Origin: Aliivibrio fischeri ES114
GTDB taxonomy: Bacteria > Pseudomonadota > Gammaproteobacteria > Enterobacterales > Vibrionaceae
Length of the DNA stretch: 32,000 bases
Direction: 5' to 3' (one strand)
Assembly: GCF_000011805.1 (NCBI RefSeq)
Contig: NC_006840.2
The position numbers were made by a program, and so were the translations under genes. The notes below the pieces were generated by a model, which was given only the letters and a program-made list of their open reading frames with translations, did not search any database and was not told where the DNA came from. Numbering within the stretch: position 1 is the first letter of the stretch; the number at the start of each line of letters is the position of its first letter. This document shows, one piece after another, positions 30,054 to 32,000 of this stretch.

Positions 30054-31334
30054 ATGAAAGTAAGAATATATGATAATGTGATCTTTTTAGAAGAGCAAAA
30101 TTGTATAAAAATAAATGAAGTGAAGCATTTAATAGAGGGGAAACAGTCAAGTTTATTAAGTTTTTTAATTAGAAATGAAGGGGTTGTCTTTTCAAAAGAA
30201 GAAATTCTAGAAAAAGTATGGAAGAGTGTTGTTACAGATCAAGTTGTTGTCCAAGCCGTATTCAAATTAAGAAAATTATTTAAAGATAACAATCTCGAAT
30301 CTCCAATAGTAACAATACCTCAAAAGGGATATTTGTATGAATCACGTACTATTAAGGAAGATAGTTCTTGGTTTAGAAAAATTAAAAGAAAAGTTAATTT
30401 AAATAATATTTTTCTTACCATATTGATGGTATCTATATTTATGGTCGGCCTTTATTATTGTTCATTAGAAAAAGTTGAAGATAATCGCTGTGATACAATT
30501 AATTGTAATAATATCGTATATGTGAAATATGATAAAATTTCTTCAGAGCAACAAGGGCTATTAAATTTTATTAATTGGCATTTTTCAGTCAATCATAATG
30601 TTAATTTTTCATCTTCACTTGCTTTTAAAGAATTATCTTCAAGAGTTTTAGATATAGATTTTAAGAAAAATAAAATATCATTTTATGATGATAATTTAAA
30701 AGGTGATTATTTTGAGATAGTTTACAGTGGTAAGATAAGTAAATCCGAATTTTTATTATTGATGATGAATTTAGAAGAAAGGATATTACTTGATTACGAA
30801 CATGAAGAGCTGACATCATTTTATAATGGATTACCAAATGAAGCTGAAGCATTTAATCTGTTTCTATCCTCAATAGGGGACCCAAAAGGAGATTTATTTA
30901 ATAAGTTTAATATAAAAAAGTTGGAGTTAGCTGCTAATGTTGATTTAGGTAATCAATATATATTTTCAATGGAATATATAGTGAAGTTATTTTACCTATA
31001 CGATATATATTATAAAGATCCTGTGCTCAAATTAAAGATAGAGAAATTAAATAATCACTTTCTATCTGACTTGAAAAATATAAAGGTAGAAAAATATAAT
31101 TATAAAACATATGAAGCTCTTGCTGCATATGAGTTATCCATTGGTAACCCGTATAAAGCACTAGAGTATTTAACTAATTTAGATTTGAAAGAAAAGACAT
31201 TATATGGACTTTTCTTAAAAGCTAAAACTGAAGAATTATTACAAGAAAAAGATATTTCTAATGCTAAGTACATGAAAATTTATGAAAATATTGGCAGTAG
31301 GAATTATAAAATAATGATGAAATCATTTAAATAA
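30054..31334 (+). CDS. ToxR/CadC-like transmembrane winged-helix regulator
   Basis: N-terminal OmpR-type winged helix (LLSFLIRNEGVVFSKEEILEKVWKSVVTDQVVVQAVFKLRKLFKDNNLESPIVTIPQKGYLY), single TM (IFLTILMVSIFMVGLYYCSL), about 290 aa C-terminal domain. Uses the ATG at 30054; the ORF-track start at 30036 is a TTG. Confidence 0.88.
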   Translation: MKVRIYDNVIFLEEQNCIKINEVKHLIEGKQSSLLSFLIRNEGVVFSKEEILEKVWKSVVTDQVVVQAVFKLRKLFKDNNLESPIVTIPQKGYLYESRTIKEDSSWFRKIKRKVNLNNIFLTILMVSIFMVGLYYCSLEKVEDNRCDTINCNNIVYVKYDKISSEQQGLLNFINWHFSVNHNVNFSSSLAFKELSSRVLDIDFKKNKISFYDDNLKGDYFEIVYSGKISKSEFLLLMMNLEERILLDYEHEELTSFYNGLPNEAEAFNLFLSSIGDPKGDLFNKFNIKKLELAANVDLGNQYIFSMEYIVKLFYLYDIYYKDPVLKLKIEKLNNHFLSDLKNIKVEKYNYKTYEALAAYELSIGNPYKALEYLTNLDLKEKTLYGLFLKAKTEELLQEKDISNAKYMKIYENIGSRNYKIMMKSFK

Positions 31335-31348
31335 TATGGAGAGTAAAG

Positions 31349-32000
31349 GTGCTTTTAAAAAATAAGATTCTAGTATATTCATCGATATTGGTGGTGGTTG
31401 TTGCAACTTTATTAACAATGAATGGATATAGAGCATTTTATAATTTCAATGAAAAAGTAGCGATTGAGTCTATTAATGACCGTTCTAAATTGTTAGCATC
31501 TTCACTTGAGGAAAAAATAAATGGGTATTTTTCATCTTTAAATTCATTTTCTATTTATTTTAAAGATGATGGTAGTTTTGATGAAGAAGCTACTGCAAAA
31601 AGCTTAAAATTACTGGCTGAAGCTAATGATGTACAAAATGCATTTATTGGGTTTAAAGATGGAAAAGTATTTAGTATCGATGGAAATTTATCTAATTTAA
31701 ATGCAAAAGAATCAAGAAGAGAGTGGTATACAAAGATCTTCTCTGGTGAAGATAGAGTAATAACCAAAGTATATAAAGATGCTAATAACCTAAATGTATT
31801 TGCGTTTGCCGTTCCTATTTTAAATAATAATAAAGAAATAATTGCTACTGTTGCATTTGGTATTAAACAAGATACTTTGAATGAAGCAATGTTAAAGCTG
31901 TCAAATAAGAACCAGATTTATACATTCATACACGATGGATATATTATCACTGCACAGAATAAAGAAAATATTGGTAAAAATATCAATGTTCTTGCTAAAG
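31349..32000 (+). CDS. dCACHE-like sensor protein, probably a methyl-accepting chemotaxis protein, truncated by the window end
   Basis: Hand translation from GTG 31349 (GGAG upstream): LKNKILVYSSILVVVVATLLTMNGYRAFYNFNEKVAIESINDRSKLLASSLEEKINGYFSSLNSF...REWYTKIFSGEDRVITKVYKDANNLNVFAFAVPIL. The frame stays open to 32000. Not in the supplied ORF track. Confidence 0.75.
   Translation, partial: MLLKNKILVYSSILVVVVATLLTMNGYRAFYNFNEKVAIESINDRSKLLASSLEEKINGYFSSLNSFSIYFKDDGSFDEEATAKSLKLLAEANDVQNAFIGFKDGKVFSIDGNLSNLNAKESRREWYTKIFSGEDRVITKVYKDANNLNVFAFAVPILNNNKEIIATVAFGIKQDTLNEAMLKLSNKNQIYTFIHDGYIITAQNKENIGKNINVLAK

Overview
This 32 kb window looks like a Vibrionaceae chromosome segment. Aliivibrio is my best guess from protein style and low GC, and that is inference only. 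Most of it is ordinary chromosomal content. From left to right it holds: a TAXI-type TRAP transporter (receptor plus fused permease); two paralogous chemoreceptors; a prokaryotic glutamate-receptor-like channel protein; a SAM methyltransferase; a LysR regulator; a NupC-type nucleoside transporter; an 11.7-copy heptanucleotide tandem array that supplies the stop codon of a bax-like gene; ppiB; a CARB/PSE-like class A beta-lactamase; an apparently frameshifted ACC-deaminase/D-cysteine-desulfhydrase-like gene; yajD; an isoprenylcysteine-methyltransferase-like membrane protein; a cluster of LolA-like protein, two FtsX-type permeases, LolD-like ATPase, DnaJ-like protein and a beta-barrel candidate; DUF2798 and LysR genes; a periplasmic HAD phosphatase; murR-like/murQ/murP; and an AT-rich right end with unassigned small ORFs, a CadC/ToxR-like membrane regulator and a truncated sensor/chemoreceptor gene. 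I see no CRISPR, prophage, transposase, rRNA or tRNA. The best candidates for follow-up are the Lol-like export cluster, the glutamate-receptor-like protein that lacks a TVGYG filter, the heptamer array and the AT-rich right-end module. None of these can be called a new system from sequence alone.
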